Shown here: in pieces, positions 1 through 13,332 of the stretch | Layout: the number at the start of each line of letters is the position of its first letter | Position numbering within the stretch: the stretch's first letter is position 1 | NCBI GenBank assembly: GCA_951406725.2 | Contig: OX597816.1 | Coordinates: 145,948,001-146,012,000 of the forward strand | Source of the DNA: Octopus vulgaris | Taxonomy: Eukaryota | Reading direction: 5' to 3' | DNA length: 64,000 bases | Made by a program: the position numbers and the translations under genes | The notes under the pieces: generated by a model | Told to the model about the DNA's origin: nothing | The model's input: only the letters and a program-made list of their open reading frames with translations | Database searches by the model: none

Positions 1-119
1 AAAATATATACAATTTTGCAAGCACACGCGACCACACAGAAAAGCATATGTATAAAAGGAATGGCGTTAACACTCACAAACGATTGCACACAGGTGTATA
101 CATAATACACACACACATA

Positions 120-359
<240 letters not shown>

Positions 360-763
360 AGTTTTATAATTTTCTCTATGTTCTGAATGCCACATGTATG
401 TTTCAAACTGTGTAATGCAATTTCTTCTTTTTGTTTCCACCTTTACTAATGTAAAATTAAAATAATTTCATTTTTGAAATTTATATTAAGAAAATCTGCA
501 AACAAATTTATTATGTACATTTTATTTCGAAAACGAGTATAAAAAATGTATAAATGCAATTAGTCAAAATTGAATATATTTCTGTCTGAGTTAAATATAA
601 CCGATGAAGATATATAACATATTTAATGATTCTAAGTTCCATAAAATACTCAAAGCATCTCAGTCTAAAACAAATAAATCAAGTATATATTAATTTCAAT
701 ACGATATTCATATATAGCACCTCGCATAAAGATACATTTTTGGACTTGCACACACACACACAC

Positions 764-864
<101 letters not shown>

Positions 865-1284
865 CATCCATATATATAAATACAGATGCATATATATTTA
901 TAAACACGTGTATGCTTACATACCTACACACACACACACACATATATATATATATGTACATATATATTTACCTACTCATACACATGCACATATGCTACCG
1001 TATACACACACAGATTTACATACACGTACGCACGCACACATATGTATGTTTGTATGTGTGTATCAGGTATCGCTTTTACTTAAAAGGATCACAATAACAT
1101 GCTGAATAGCAACAGTCATACCGTAATATGCTTAAATGAACAACATGATATGTTATGACACAGCTAATATCCGGATGTATAAATTCTTATTATTGTTTTC
1201 TGTTTTCATTTTTAGACTTATAGAAGATAGACAATATTATGTGCCTCAAGTTCCGTAGTTAAAGTTTATGAGTCTCTTCTATTG

Positions 1285-1356
<72 letters not shown>

Positions 1357-1460
1357 GATTTACCCTGTGCTTCCCAGTAGTAGTATTATACGTACTTTCA
1401 GGCTTGCGTTTTGGTAACTGTCGTGTGGGAATAGATAACCGAAGAAATAGGTGTCAACAT

Positions 1461-1597
1461 AATTGAGTACGGTTGGATATTTATTTTAAAACCACTAAAA
1501 TTGTTTCCACACAACGTAGTTCTCCCATCGTGCAGATACTTGATTATGCAACTGTTTCCCTGCATTATGAGATGTAGTTGTGTTTCCTCAGGCGATA
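1461..1597 (-). repeat. Inverted copy of the putative Penelope pLTR (partner at 2416-2552)
   Basis: The reverse complement aligns with 2416-2552 (shared cctgaggaaac..catctc..atgcagggaaac..tgcataatcaagta..ctacgttgtgtggaaacaatt). Confidence 0.8.
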
Positions 1598-1619
1598 AAC
1601 AATTATTCAAATAAAAACT

Positions 1620-2145
1620 CATAAAGAATCAAGAAAACAGGCTATAAAACCAAGAGCACTGCAGACACTGCTAATCAACGAGAACATAACAAAAACAAAA
1701 GTTACCAAAAAAATACAAAAATACTAATAGGGAAAATAATGGCAGCTGTCGCAAGAAATCTGCATGTCCTCTCAGGAATCGATGCATGCAAAAATATCAT
1801 ATAAAAATGCACATGCCGCAATATAAATACGCATATATAGGATCCTCAGAAAACCTGTTTACGTTCCGTTATCGCAAACCTATCTCCACATTCCAGAAGA
1901 TAAGCCGGCGACACGCGACATCACTAGCGGACCCTGTGGGGAGATTCAAATAAGTGAAAATGAAATACGAAGTAGAATGGTCACTAACAAAAAAGTGCTC
2001 ACCCATATAACACATCCACCGTATGTTACTTGCGCCTTGGGGAAGCCTTGTGTATCCTGTTAAGTAACGAAAACTTGGTGAGCAAGTATAAGAAAATACC
2101 GAGATGTTGCCACCGTGCCAAATATTCATTTTCAAGATTCTGCAC
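1620..2145 (+). mobile_element. Penelope-like retroelement remnant (GIY-YIG endonuclease region, frameshifted)
   Basis: Translation across frameshifts gives SCRKKSACPLRNRCMQ, KNII, YAYIGSSENLFTFRYR, KYEVEWSLTKKC and PYNTSTVCYLRLGEALCILLSNENLVSKYKKIPRCCHRAKYSF. This matches the PLE Cys-linker plus GIY-YIG C-terminus. Confidence 0.75.
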
Positions 2146-2415
2146 AGAGAAATAGTAATAATAAATTACCTAAATAAGTATGTGTGTATGTGTGTGTGTA
2201 CACATGAGCATCTGTGTATGCATATGAATGCGCGTCTATGTATGTACATATATTCTATGTGGATATATGTGAGTGCGCGTTATATCCGTATATATGTGCG
2301 TCAGTGTATATGCTATAATATATATATACATACAGAATTGGTATGTATATATATATATACATATATACACGCATACATGTACGGAGATTTTGATCTTACG
2401 GAGACAATATTTACA

Positions 2416-2552
2416 TATCGCCTGAGGAAACGCAATTACATCTCGTCATGCAGGGAAACTTGCATAATCAAGTACCTACACGCTAAAATATCTACGTTGT
2501 GTGGAAACAATTGCAGTCATTAAAATATAAATACCCAACCTTACTCAGTTAT
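2416..2552 (+). repeat. Putative Penelope pLTR/3' UTR downstream of the GIY-YIG remnant
   Basis: Inverted partner of 1461-1597. Contains CTGAGGA...GAAAC, a degenerate hammerhead-like motif. Confidence 0.7.
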
Positions 2553-2565
2553 ACACACACAGAGA

Positions 2566-2604
<39 letters not shown>

Positions 2605-2759
2605 ACACATATATGTAGGTATAACTCAGAATTAGTTTCGACGTTTTAGATTTACCAGAGGTGTTTTGGCAAAAACAATAAAACTTTTTCTTAATTAGCT
2701 ACAGCCCTCCTCAAGGTTCCTGTATTTGTCTATGTCAAAAATATTCAATATAAGAACGT

Positions 2760-2900
2760 TGCAAAATGCTTAGTAGTATTTTGTCCGCCTTACTTTCTGA
2801 GTTCAAATACCGCTGAGCTTCACATTGCCTTTCATTGTTTCAGGGTAAGTTGAGCAATCTTTCACTTGTTTCCTGGTGTCGACAAAATATGTACTAGTCA
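2760..2900 (+). mobile_element. tRNA-derived SINE fragment (type 1)
   Basis: aaatgcttag...ttctgagttcaaatacc (B-box-like)...ttgcctttcat, shared with other copies in the window. Confidence 0.65.
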
Positions 2901-4042
2901 AATAATTTAGCCGTTAGAAAGGAGCGTACAAAAGAAATATTAACGTATTTTAGGATTTTCGTTATATGCATTTTTTCTTTACCGAAATTTCATCTCTACC
3001 AAAAATTAACTGACAAGTTTCATACAACAGTCTGTAGAATCCATCATAGCCTCTCTAAACGCGTGAGTTTGCGTCGTTAAAATTCATCAGCTACTTACAT
3101 TGTCGTTCATAGGTCACCCACTAAGAGAAGCCATTCGTACAGATTAGCACACTCTCTAAAATGTTGCATCTGCGTCGTATCTTTCAAACGGTCACTCATA
3201 CACCACAAAATAATACCTAACGTTTTTATAAATAAATATGAAATAATAAATCGACTGGAATGTGCAAAGTTTGAATACGTTCGGCTTGATAAATTAATTA
3301 AATTGACATTGAATTTTGTAGATCAAATCGTATCTGGGTATATTTATATTTAGCAGAATCGGGTACGTTCAAAAGCTACAATAACTCACACGAAAAAGAG
3401 TCTCACCTTAAACATAATTTGTTTAAAAATGCAGTGAGATGGACAAATGGCAGCGTTATGTGTATATATAATGGACTATCCTTTGGGGTAATGAAGCAGC
3501 GTCGTAATATGCATGAGGGACGAGAGGCGTAAGTGAAATATCATATTGACTATGGGAGCGACATCTTGTGTAAGTTGAAAGTACCATCCTCAAATTAAAA
3601 TTATCAGAGATGATTGAAGACAGATGATCTTGGGACACAGGGAGAATGTATATTTATTCTAAACACAAAACTTAAGAGCATGTTAGGCTTATAAACGTCC
3701 TGGTAATCATAATTCTTATATTTTCATAGCTTCTTTCCACGGACTAAGGCTCAATATAACTCACTTGAATCATTTTATTTCATTCTTGTCCACGATTTTC
3801 AGCACGATAAACTTGCTGTCTAGCAATAACTTTTGTATTTGTGGGGAATTTGTTTTCGTTATTTGTGTCCATTATGCTGCACTGGCCTGAAGCCTTGCTT
3901 GCGATGTAATTATTAAAAACGTAAATTGTTCTCATGAATTAATTCAGTATTTCTTCGCCAAGTAATTGTTTAGATATATAAGCGATAAATATTTACAGTC
4001 ATGTATGCATGTGTATATCTATAATTGCAAAAGTTAAACATA

Positions 4043-4112
4043 TAATAATAAAAATAACAATAATAATAACGATGACAACAACAACAACAACAACAACAAT
4101 AATAATAATAAC

Positions 4113-4147
<35 letters not shown>

Positions 4148-4271
4148 TAATAATAATAATGATAATGATAATAATAATAATAACAACAACAATAATAATG
4201 ATGATAATAAAAATAATAATGATGATGATCATGATGATGATCATGATGATGATAATTATGATGATGATGAT
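4043..4271. repeat. (AAT)/(AAC)/(GAT) trinucleotide array
   Basis: Seen directly. Confidence 0.95.
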
Positions 4272-4823
4272 AGACTTGATGCAGTACTTGACAGTGTCTC
4301 TCATGGATTCTGATCTTAACTGATTGGAAGTGTTACCATGTAGATTGTTTCGTCGTGGTATAAATGATGGAGTACAGCAAATATTCTGCTCAATACTACA
4401 TATTTGCCTGTCAGTTGTTTGACCATAACCAGTTGGGCATGTCCTTTAGTGGCTGACAATAAGTGCATCGCTGATCACGAGCAGTATTGGGGGAGCATTA
4501 TAGCCATGTCTTGGGAGGAATTCTTTGGAGTTTAGATAATTCCCCCCTGGAAACATGGGTGTTTTGTCCAAGATCCTTAAACACCATTTATTAAGGGAAC
4601 TTTTGAGCGGGATGGGCTACTCGACCTAGAGAAAATTCTAAATGGGCCCCCCACTTGGAAGGTGATGCGCTGTTAATCTTGATATGAGGTCAACATGTCA
4701 TAAGCATATAGTTGTGATGCATGTGTCTGATGTACTCTTATCAGACAGGGAGTCATGACAGTTATACTGGGCTTTATACATTTTACCCTAGTGTCACTTT
4801 GATAGCTTGCACTGCTCTCTCAC

Positions 4824-4824
<1 letters not shown>
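4272..4824 (+). mobile_element. Roughly 550-bp non-coding interspersed repeat with (AAT)n tail, near full-length copy
   Basis: Homologous copies at 5228-5311(+), 11551-11876(+), 27916-28262(-) and 43106-43590(-). Ends in ctctctcact followed by (AAT)n. Confidence 0.85.
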
Positions 4825-4883
<59 letters not shown>

Positions 4884-4887
<4 letters not shown>

Positions 4888-5205
4888 AATACCAGTGATC
4901 GTAGGAGTACTAGAAATGATCAAGAAGGGAACCGAAAATTATATGAGAATGATCCCTGGCTTACCATCCCTGCAAGAAGTGCAAAAGATTGTCTTAACTG
5001 GTACATCACACGTATTGAGAAGTGCATTGTCGATGTGAGAACTATTACTACCCATGTATTTTAATTTAACTTTTAAAAAAAATGAACGAACTAGTGAGTT
5101 TAGTTTAATGGCCTACCAATGTATACTATGAGTTTCTTTGCCCTAGGAGTCGGGAAGACACTCGGCAAGAAATGGAAGCAAATTTGAAAGAAGAAGAAAA
5201 AAGAT
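4884..5205 (+). mobile_element. R4/Dong LINE 3' end (RLE C-terminus plus 3' UTR) inside (AAT)n
   Basis: TIPVIVGVLEMIKKG...LQEVQKIVLTGTSHVLRSALSM*, flanked on both sides by (AAT)n. Confidence 0.85.
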
Positions 5206-6134
5206 AATAATAATAATAATAATACAATTCACCGAGGCAGTACCAGGCAATGGCTCTCATGGTTTTTGATCTCATTGGAAGTGTTATCATGTACATTGTT
5301 TTCGTCTTGGTACGCACGCGCACACATATATTTACATAATATTTGGACATATACATTTGGTCTTATGGTTATATGTGGTTGTGTATCGGTCTTTCTGCCT
5401 CTGTGACCATGTGCACTATGTTGTGTGTGCGCGCGCAGTTAAGTGAGTACAATCTACCGCTTATTGCATTTCGTTTCTTTATAAGTGTGCCTACATATTA
5501 TAAGTATTTATTTCGAACAAAGTGATTACCATGCATTAATACAATTCATATTTGTAAAGTAATTGAAGATTTAAATTTTAATGATGAGTTTTGTCTCATC
5601 ATTATATGATGCCTAATTGGAAAGCGATTCGAGTTTTGTTTTACTTTTACTTATTAGTAAATACTCGGTGTATCGGTGCTATTTTTAGCATAGACTGTAC
5701 ACAAATTAAGACAATTATTTGACACTGTGCACCAATGCAGAATGAGAAGATGAAAATTGTATTATGCATAGATTTTTGTATCCTTATTGGTTGGCTCTAA
5801 ATTAGATTTGAGTCGCTAATTCTTTTAACCTTTTCATTAAATATCTTACAGAGAACAATATATTCGTTGTAATCGCAAGACAATTATTCTTATAAGTACT
5901 ATAGTAACATGCCTCCATAAATCACTTTTGTATTGTATTTCTAATAGTAAATATAAAATTCCATGGAATAATGTGAATTATAGAATACTATCAAACGCAT
6001 TTTTGGCGTAGATATTTCAACTGTGTCCATTACATTTGATTATCTTTAGCATACGGCATATGAAAATACAATTATCAGTTGCAAATCTGAATATATTTTT
6101 GTTTATATAAATAGGTAGCTAAGGCGGCGAGCTA

Positions 6135-7080
6135 GCAGAATGCTATGGGTTATCCTTCCGACGGATTTCCTTATGTGTCCTAGCTACAACATCATGTCTC
6201 ATCGGACATGTTCGGACAACTGCTTATGGTTTGGGTGATATCTTCGGTGTTAACTCCGTCGGTTGTCCCATTTTCCCGCTTTTCCTGCATCTCTGCGCAA
6301 CAGGTATTTGATTGACATTTCCTCTTTCTTGATTGCAAACGCATAATCTTCAAAGTGGAAGGTAATAATACGGCTATCGGTCAATCTTAGACTGCTTTGA
6401 TGATCAATATCCTCTCTGGGATGTCTACTAACATATCAATGCATGATGATATGTTGAGGTAGAATTGTGTGATTTCTTTGAGCATGTATTCTAGGTTATC
6501 AGACAAGGAATGTTTGTCCAGGTGTTGCCTTCCAAGTCTTATGATGTTATCAGCCTTATGTATGCAGACATGGTCAAGGAGTGTACTTTGACTCTTGGTG
6601 GTTAAAAGATGTTACCGAAGGGATATGATACGACATTCAAAGGCATTTTGGATCGATGTAAAGCCTCTGCCGCTTTATTTTCGTTTTAGGTATTGGCAGG
6701 CTACATCACTGTTTATGTGGAAATCGTGTGTTAGTATTTTTCAGACTTTCACATCAATGGCTCGGATCTCAGCAAGCGACAAATCATACAGCAAAGGTGT
6801 GTATGAAATATTTGCACTTCCGACACAGTGTGGGCCACTGTTTTATTCAGGACGGATTCCAGAAGTAATAGGAACACTATATTATTGCGTAATGTGACTA
6901 TTTGGAAGCAGATGCTGTTAAAACTTATGTAAATAAGTTGATTTTTTCTTATTAAATTTGTCTCAGAACATTTTGATGGCACCTTGTATTTCATACGTCT
7001 GAGTATCTGTCCCAATAATTTACATAGAATTATATTTAATGAAGGCAATGATATGTTAATATATAAGATATCACGCATTC
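6135..7080 (-). mobile_element. Old R4/Dong-clade LINE remnant
   Basis: Minus-strand KILTHDFHINSDVACQYLKRK*SGRGF resembles the HPKSDxxRLYxxRxxGGRGL motif, followed by HFEDYAFAIK. Many stops. Confidence 0.7.
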
Positions 7081-8119
7081 TGTCGCAGGTTAAGTGACGT
7101 TAACGACCTGAATTTCATTCTCAGATATCTACATACATTGTATAAGTTTCGAGTTACAAATTCCAAGATTAGAGGAATGATGCATATACATGAATATATA
7201 CATGTACACTCATATATACATGGTACACTCATATATGCCTATGCATATATATATACTAGCATTAAAGACCTGTCGTTGCCGGGTCATAGTGCTAGTGCAT
7301 GTATATATGTGTATATATATATGTGTACATATTACATGTACATCTATATATATACATCTACACATAAAATACAAAATACAAAGTTATATCTTGATATCGC
7401 TAGTGATAACAATACTCAGAATATACAACAGACTGGAATTGTTAGCCCGTCTCTTGTAATTTCGATCAATTGTATCTTGCCCCCCCCTCTTGTATAGAAG
7501 TGTGGCTACAATCCAGCCTACCTATACTTCTGGGGCGTGGGGGGTACATTTAACATGTTTTTTCCGGTACGTCCTACGTCCCAGATATAAAGGTAAAAAT
7601 AAAATATTTCCACTTTGTAAGTTCGAATCGAGTACACCCTTGCACGCTCCGTTGACTCGAACCTTCCTTCTATTGTGGCGAATTTACCGCCTCTGATTAG
7701 ATACCTTTCATAGTCGCACCAAGACACTTTTCGAATGAGCTTTCCTCCATGTGTTCAAATCTTTTTCTCTACATTGTATAATTTATAGACAATAGTCTTT
7801 TCTTTAATTTAATTTTTTATTATCCATCTGGACTATTCTATTTCTTCACGCTAATTTTATTTTTTAATGTATTCCCATTCATGTGAAACCACTTATTCAA
7901 GTTCAAGTCATTGATGCAATTTTATACCAATTGCTATTTTTACTTTTGTTATGTTACGATTATATTATACTTTAGTTTGATTTTAATTATTACTTACTAC
8001 ATATAATTCAATTGTTATTATTATTTTTATTGTCAAAATGAAAGTATCTGACATAAAATAGAGAAACGTTTTTGTTTCACTTTTAACACGTAATACTGAA
8101 ATAGTGGAGAAGATATGAT

Positions 8120-8267
8120 ATTGCTATGGGCTCGCTCTAGGCAAGAAGTTGAACTTTGTTTTCCGATGACACTCCCCGTACCCTAAGTAAGGTATGTGTA
8201 AAATTTGGATGAAATTGGTTGTGTAGTTCTCAATATTTAGGGAAACACACAGACAGACACATTCTCA

Positions 8268-8280
<13 letters not shown>
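8120..8280 (-). mobile_element. Helitron-like (Lep1/HINE-type) non-autonomous 5' fragment
   Basis: Minus strand reads atatatataaaactgagaatgtgtctgtctgtg...aaccaatttcatccaaattttacac, similar in structure to the 5' end at 27265. Confidence 0.5.
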
Positions 8281-8349
<69 letters not shown>

Positions 8350-8400
8350 TGTATATATATACATATATATTTACGTATGTATATATTGTATATATATATC

Positions 8401-8440
<40 letters not shown>

Positions 8441-8441
<1 letters not shown>

Positions 8442-8720
8442 ATAGAGGGCATTATTACACATAAATGCCTCATACTAAGAGGGACATAAGCCATTACTAC
8501 CAAAATTTCACCAATCGTACCTAATGCAGTTTTCAAAGCAGGACATTTAAAAAATGAATTTAGTTCTATATCACCTGTGATTTCACACTTAACGCATCAT
8601 ACGTATATGTTCATCAGTAGAACTGATTCTGAACACATCATAAATAAACGATCAATATACCTGGCGAAGTTGAACAGACATCTGCTCTCTCCGGCGAAGC
8701 ACATGGAAATGTTTATAAAT
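8441..8720 (-). mobile_element. (TA)n-embedded non-coding element (PLE pLTR/retrozyme-like), copy 1
   Basis: Aligns with 33540-33790. The terminal ggcatttatgtgtaataatgccctctata is identical. Confidence 0.8.
8562..8624 (-). ncRNA. Type I hammerhead ribozyme
   Basis: Minus strand: AGTTCTA-CTGATGA-ACAT..ACGTAtgaTGCGT..GTGT-GAAA-TCACagGTGA-TA-TAGAACT. Perfect 7-bp stem I, full core, AUA cleavage triplet. Confidence 0.8.
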
Positions 8721-8833
8721 CATATATTCGGTAAATTATTTTCGAATTTTTTTCTCTTATGAGGTTTTTCATGCTAACTACCTGATTATTTCTTGTTAAG
8801 ATTCCTTATTAAGAAGTTATCCTTAATTGTTAA

Positions 8834-8910
<77 letters not shown>

Positions 8911-9007
8911 ATATATCAAGATATATATATCTGTTCTTATATATATCGAATGTCCCGTCCTGTGGTTCTTGTGTCGTCTCTGTGGCGTTTATGTATGTAT
9001 GTTTACC

Positions 9008-9042
<35 letters not shown>

Positions 9043-9049
9043 ATATACA

Positions 9050-9131
<82 letters not shown>

Positions 9132-9135
<4 letters not shown>

Positions 9136-9367
9136 GTTGGTGCATAATTATTTCGGCTTTTTCAACAAATTTTATTCAATAACAACATAAACAAAAACAT
9201 ATTTAAATGATTATTCCGGAGCATCTTCACCATCTACTTCAATTACTGCTTCCCCTTTACTTGGCAGACGGTCAGACCGACATTTAAAGATGTTTTTGTT
9301 AAATATTGTTGGTTTTGTTGAATAACATTTGTTGAGAAAAAACCGCAATAACTATGCACCAACACAA
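9132..9367 (-). mobile_element. Mariner-derived MITE (internally deleted)
   Basis: TIRs ttgggttggtgcataattatttcgg / ccgcaataactatgcaccaacacaa with TA on both sides. Retains the transposase C-terminus DRLPSKGEAVIEVDGEDAPE*. Confidence 0.85.
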
Positions 9368-9769
9368 TATTTAGAGAGAGTGTGTGTGTTCGTGCCTGTG
9401 TATGTGTGTGTGTGCGTTATGCGTGTCTGTGTTCTCCTGTGTGTGAGTATATGTGCACGGGCGTGTAACAAGGTTACCGTCTTAATAATTCTTGAACGAT
9501 AATTAAATTTCTTTGCTAAACTCGTCGCAAATTTCATTTCGGTAATAACGGAAAAGAATCAAATTGTGAACGTGATGGCGTCTTTCATGAGTATAAAACC
9601 TCCCGTTTCTTCTTTAAAAGCTAGATTGAAATAGATAAATATATGGACATATATAGAGATGTAGGTATATACATGACATCTTATACATGTTTTCCTACCT
9701 CTTCTATGGTTATTGCTATAGAAAATTATATAGGTGAGATGCAGGTGAAACTAATTACTTTATTCTAGC

Positions 9770-9955
9770 CGGGTGAAATGCTTAGCTCTATTTCGACCGT
9801 TTTTACGTTCTGAGTTCAAACACCACCGGATCCGACATTGCCTTTCATCCATTCGGTGTTGATACATTAAGTTAAGTACCAGTGAAACATTGATGTCAAT
9901 GTAATCGACTATTCCCCTCCCCTAAATTCCATGCCTTGTGCCTACAGTCGAAACG

Positions 9956-9957
<2 letters not shown>
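9770..9957 (+). mobile_element. tRNA-derived SINE (type 1) ending in (ATT)n
   Basis: B-box-like gagttcaaac and conserved ttgcctttcatcc..cgg..gat..aagtaccag central domain. Confidence 0.75.
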
Positions 9958-10014
<57 letters not shown>

Positions 10015-10040
10015 TATTATTATTATTATTATTATTATTA

Positions 10041-10096
<56 letters not shown>

Positions 10097-10100
10097 GTTA

Positions 10101-10165
<65 letters not shown>

Positions 10166-10175
10166 GTTATTATTA
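9957..10175. repeat. (ATT)n microsatellite
   Basis: Seen directly. Confidence 0.97.
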
Positions 10176-10179
10176 TTTA

Positions 10180-10625
10180 AGACGTCGCACAATATCCAAT
10201 ATTGTGAGGTTGCTGATTGAAGATTTTGTATCTAACGGGCGTTTGCACTGTCTGTCAAGTCACAACAAGGACTTCAGACAGACAGTACTTTACGCAATAT
10301 GTGTGCTGTTCCAAGTAATGTCGAATTTTGCAATACATCTAGATTGTAGGGTATTTCTAAAGTTTCCAGATGTTTCTTCATGTTGGGTGACATACTCCGA
10401 TGACAATAGGGGCAAACTTTATGCTTGATTCTCGTAGCTGCCACATCTTGCCGATTTCAATTCTCTGGTCTCTGTATTTATCACTCTTTTCTTTCTTTCA
10501 TAATATGTTGATCTGGTACTGCCATGTCGATTATTATGCACTCTTGTTTTATCCCGCCTAAAGATTACTATATTCGGCCTTCTTTTTTCCTTACTGATAT
10601 GAACTATGATTTCTGGCAAATAACA
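10180..10625 (-). mobile_element. R4/Dong LINE 3' remnant
   Basis: RRPNIVIF, IIDMAVP and TAHILRKVLSV*-type RLE motifs across frameshifts. The 3' end abuts the (TAA)n array. Confidence 0.75.
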
Positions 10626-11550
10626 AGCATAAAGATTTAGATGATTGAAGCAGACTAGATTGTTTGTCTTACCACAGGTTAAGCTTTAGCTTGCATTAAA
10701 ATTATCTTTGTCATACATATCAGACAATATCAGACAATATGATGGTATCCTTGCGATACCGTACAAGTAGCTCCTTGCTCCAACAGGGCGACTAGGTTAC
10801 CTTGCAACACCATGCACTTTAATGCGAGAGCGATACTGGAACAGCTCCGTGGATACACCCTTCGGCAGGTTGGGCTTAGTGGATAGAAGACGATGTACCT
10901 GAAGTCTGATGTTCCTTCTCTAACCTTTCGATCTGCCTGAAAAATTGTTGCTGAATTTCCCCGATGTGCTGAAGTGGACATGGACGAGTTACACTGAGTC
11001 TACCAGACTGCATCAAGATAGAATATTTAATTTTCGGCAAGAAAACTGATAGTGTAGGTTGCCTGTATTCTAAATATATTGACTACACAGCCCAAAGAAG
11101 GTTGAAGTTAAATAGGCTTCATTTGGAAGGGAGCGAAGTAGAAGGATCTGTTTGCCCATTTCTTGATGTGCAAAGCTTACAGAGATCATTCTAGCGAATT
11201 GGGTACGCGTGCGCTGACGGACGTCACCATCAAAAACAAATGATGGGTTATCAAAAAAAAAAAATGGATAATCAAAACAGAAATAATAGATTTAGTTTGG
11301 GACAAGTGATAAATGGGAGGCATAGATAGAAATTCAAGACATGTATCTAAGAAAGTCATCACAACCAACGTACTTCGGTGAGAAATGCATTTCACCAATT
11401 CTTCAATGCGAAGAATAGACTGCGTTGTCATTGCAAAGATGCATGCCCTAAATACATGAAGGGGGAAAGGCTCTTGAATCGGCCCATGATACACTGAAGG
11501 AAAACGGCAAGAAATCAGCAGTTCAGTGTTTAATGGAACATTGTGAAAGT

Positions 11551-11876
11551 AGCATCATAGCCGTGTGTTGAAAGCAATTCTTAGAGGTTTGGATAATTCA
11601 CCTCTGGAACATGGGTGGTTCGTTGAACATCCTTAAGCAATCCTTATTCAGGGACCTTTCGAACGGGATGGGCTACTCGACCTGAAGAAAATTCTAACTG
11701 AGCCCCACCTGCAAGGTCATGTGCTGTTTATCTTGATATGAGATCACCATGTTGCGCACATATGTTTGTGATGCATATGCCTAGTGTACCCTTATTAGAC
11801 CGGTAGTTATGATAGGTATACTGGGCTTCGTATATTTTACCTGTGTCACTTTGATGGCATGCCTGATCTCTCACTC
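11551..11876 (+). mobile_element. (AAT)-tailed 550-bp repeat family, 5'-truncated copy
   Basis: Homologous to 4495-4824 and followed by (AAT)n. Confidence 0.85.
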
Positions 11877-11898
11877 AATAATAATAATAATAATAATG

Positions 11899-11988
<90 letters not shown>

Positions 11989-12029
11989 TTAATTTTACGC
12001 AAAAGACCAGCACTTTTCAAAACCATCCC

Positions 12030-12155
12030 CACTTAGTGCTTAAATGGTATTTATTTACGACCCTGAAATGCTATAGAGCAAAGTTGATCCCTCTAGAATT
12101 TGAACTCAGAAGCTAAAGATCAGGAAGGAACACGCTAAACATTTTGTCCGATTTC
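12030..12155 (-). mobile_element. Diverged SINE type 1
   Basis: gaatttgaactcagaa is the reverse complement of the B-box region. Confidence 0.55.
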
Positions 12156-12368
12156 ACTATTGTTCGCTTATAGCCTTAACACTTTTTGGCACAGGACTAG
12201 AATTTTTGAGCAGTGGAAGGGCTAAATTTAATTTTAAAATGTAGAGACGAAAGGAATGCCGTTAAACGTTACGCATGACGAGATAACAATTCTGCCAATT
12301 CCCTGCTCTCAGTGGCATCGATCTCAGTATTCCTCAAAACAAGAAGAAAAAGGAAGCCGGTGGAGGAG

Positions 12369-12543
12369 GAAGAAGAAGAAGAAGAAGAAGAAGAAGAAGA
12401 AGAAGAAGAAGAAGAAGAAGAAGAAGAAGAAGAAGAAGAAGAAGAAGAAGAAGAAAGAAGAAGACGAAGAAGAAGAAGAAGAAGAAGAAGAAGAAGAAGA
12501 AGAAGAAGAAGAAGAAGAAGAAGAAGAAGAAGAAGAAGAAGAA
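12369..12543. repeat. (GAA)n microsatellite
   Basis: Nearly pure polypurine triplet run. Confidence 0.97.
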
Positions 12544-13294
12544 AAAGAATCACTGTTCCATTAAAAATATTCATTTTTGGTGCCAATTTCTATTCCGCAC
12601 ATCTTCCCATAATCGGTGAAAAAAAAAAAAAAAACCACCAAAAAGAACTCCTTAAATTTTGCTAGCTGTCATAGCAAGATAACATTTTTTATGTACTAAT
12701 ACGTGCTTATTACAGAAGTGCATTCTGTACAGGAGAGAACATATATTGGTTCTTATGATATTAGCACGGATGAGATACAAGAAAGTAATCACAAGAGAGC
12801 TTGTATGTCTCCGTTTCAATCTAATTATCATATTTAATATCTGTCAAAACAAGCCGGGTACAATACTCGATAACTGTGAATGAAGTCATTCATATTTTGT
12901 TTAAAGGTGTAAGTTTTTATAAGTTTAAAAGAATCACGGAACACGCAGGCAAATACATACATGCACACGCATAAACGCGCGCCCATGTGAGTACTTGTAA
13001 ACACATTAACACATTACTTTATATAGCGGCAGAAATGGTTTGCTGTCAGAATAAATTAATTGCACCAAGAAATGTAAAAAAAAAATTCACAAGCACTTTG
13101 TGTGCATGTATGAATGTATGTGTATGTATGTGTATGTGTGTGAGTGTGTTTGTCTGTCTCCACGTATGAATGTATGTACAAAAAGAGAGATAAACAGTGA
13201 TATTAATAAAGTGCAGCAGGTAATTTGCTTTGAAAGGCACCCATCTCTGCAATAATGTGTATAAGTGAACTTTCGTTCCATATATGCCTAAGCG

Positions 13295-13332
<38 letters not shown>

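Noticed and set aside
12369-12543. (GAA)n as a special triplex-forming element
   Set aside because: Ordinary in a window this rich in microsatellites, with no functional context visible.
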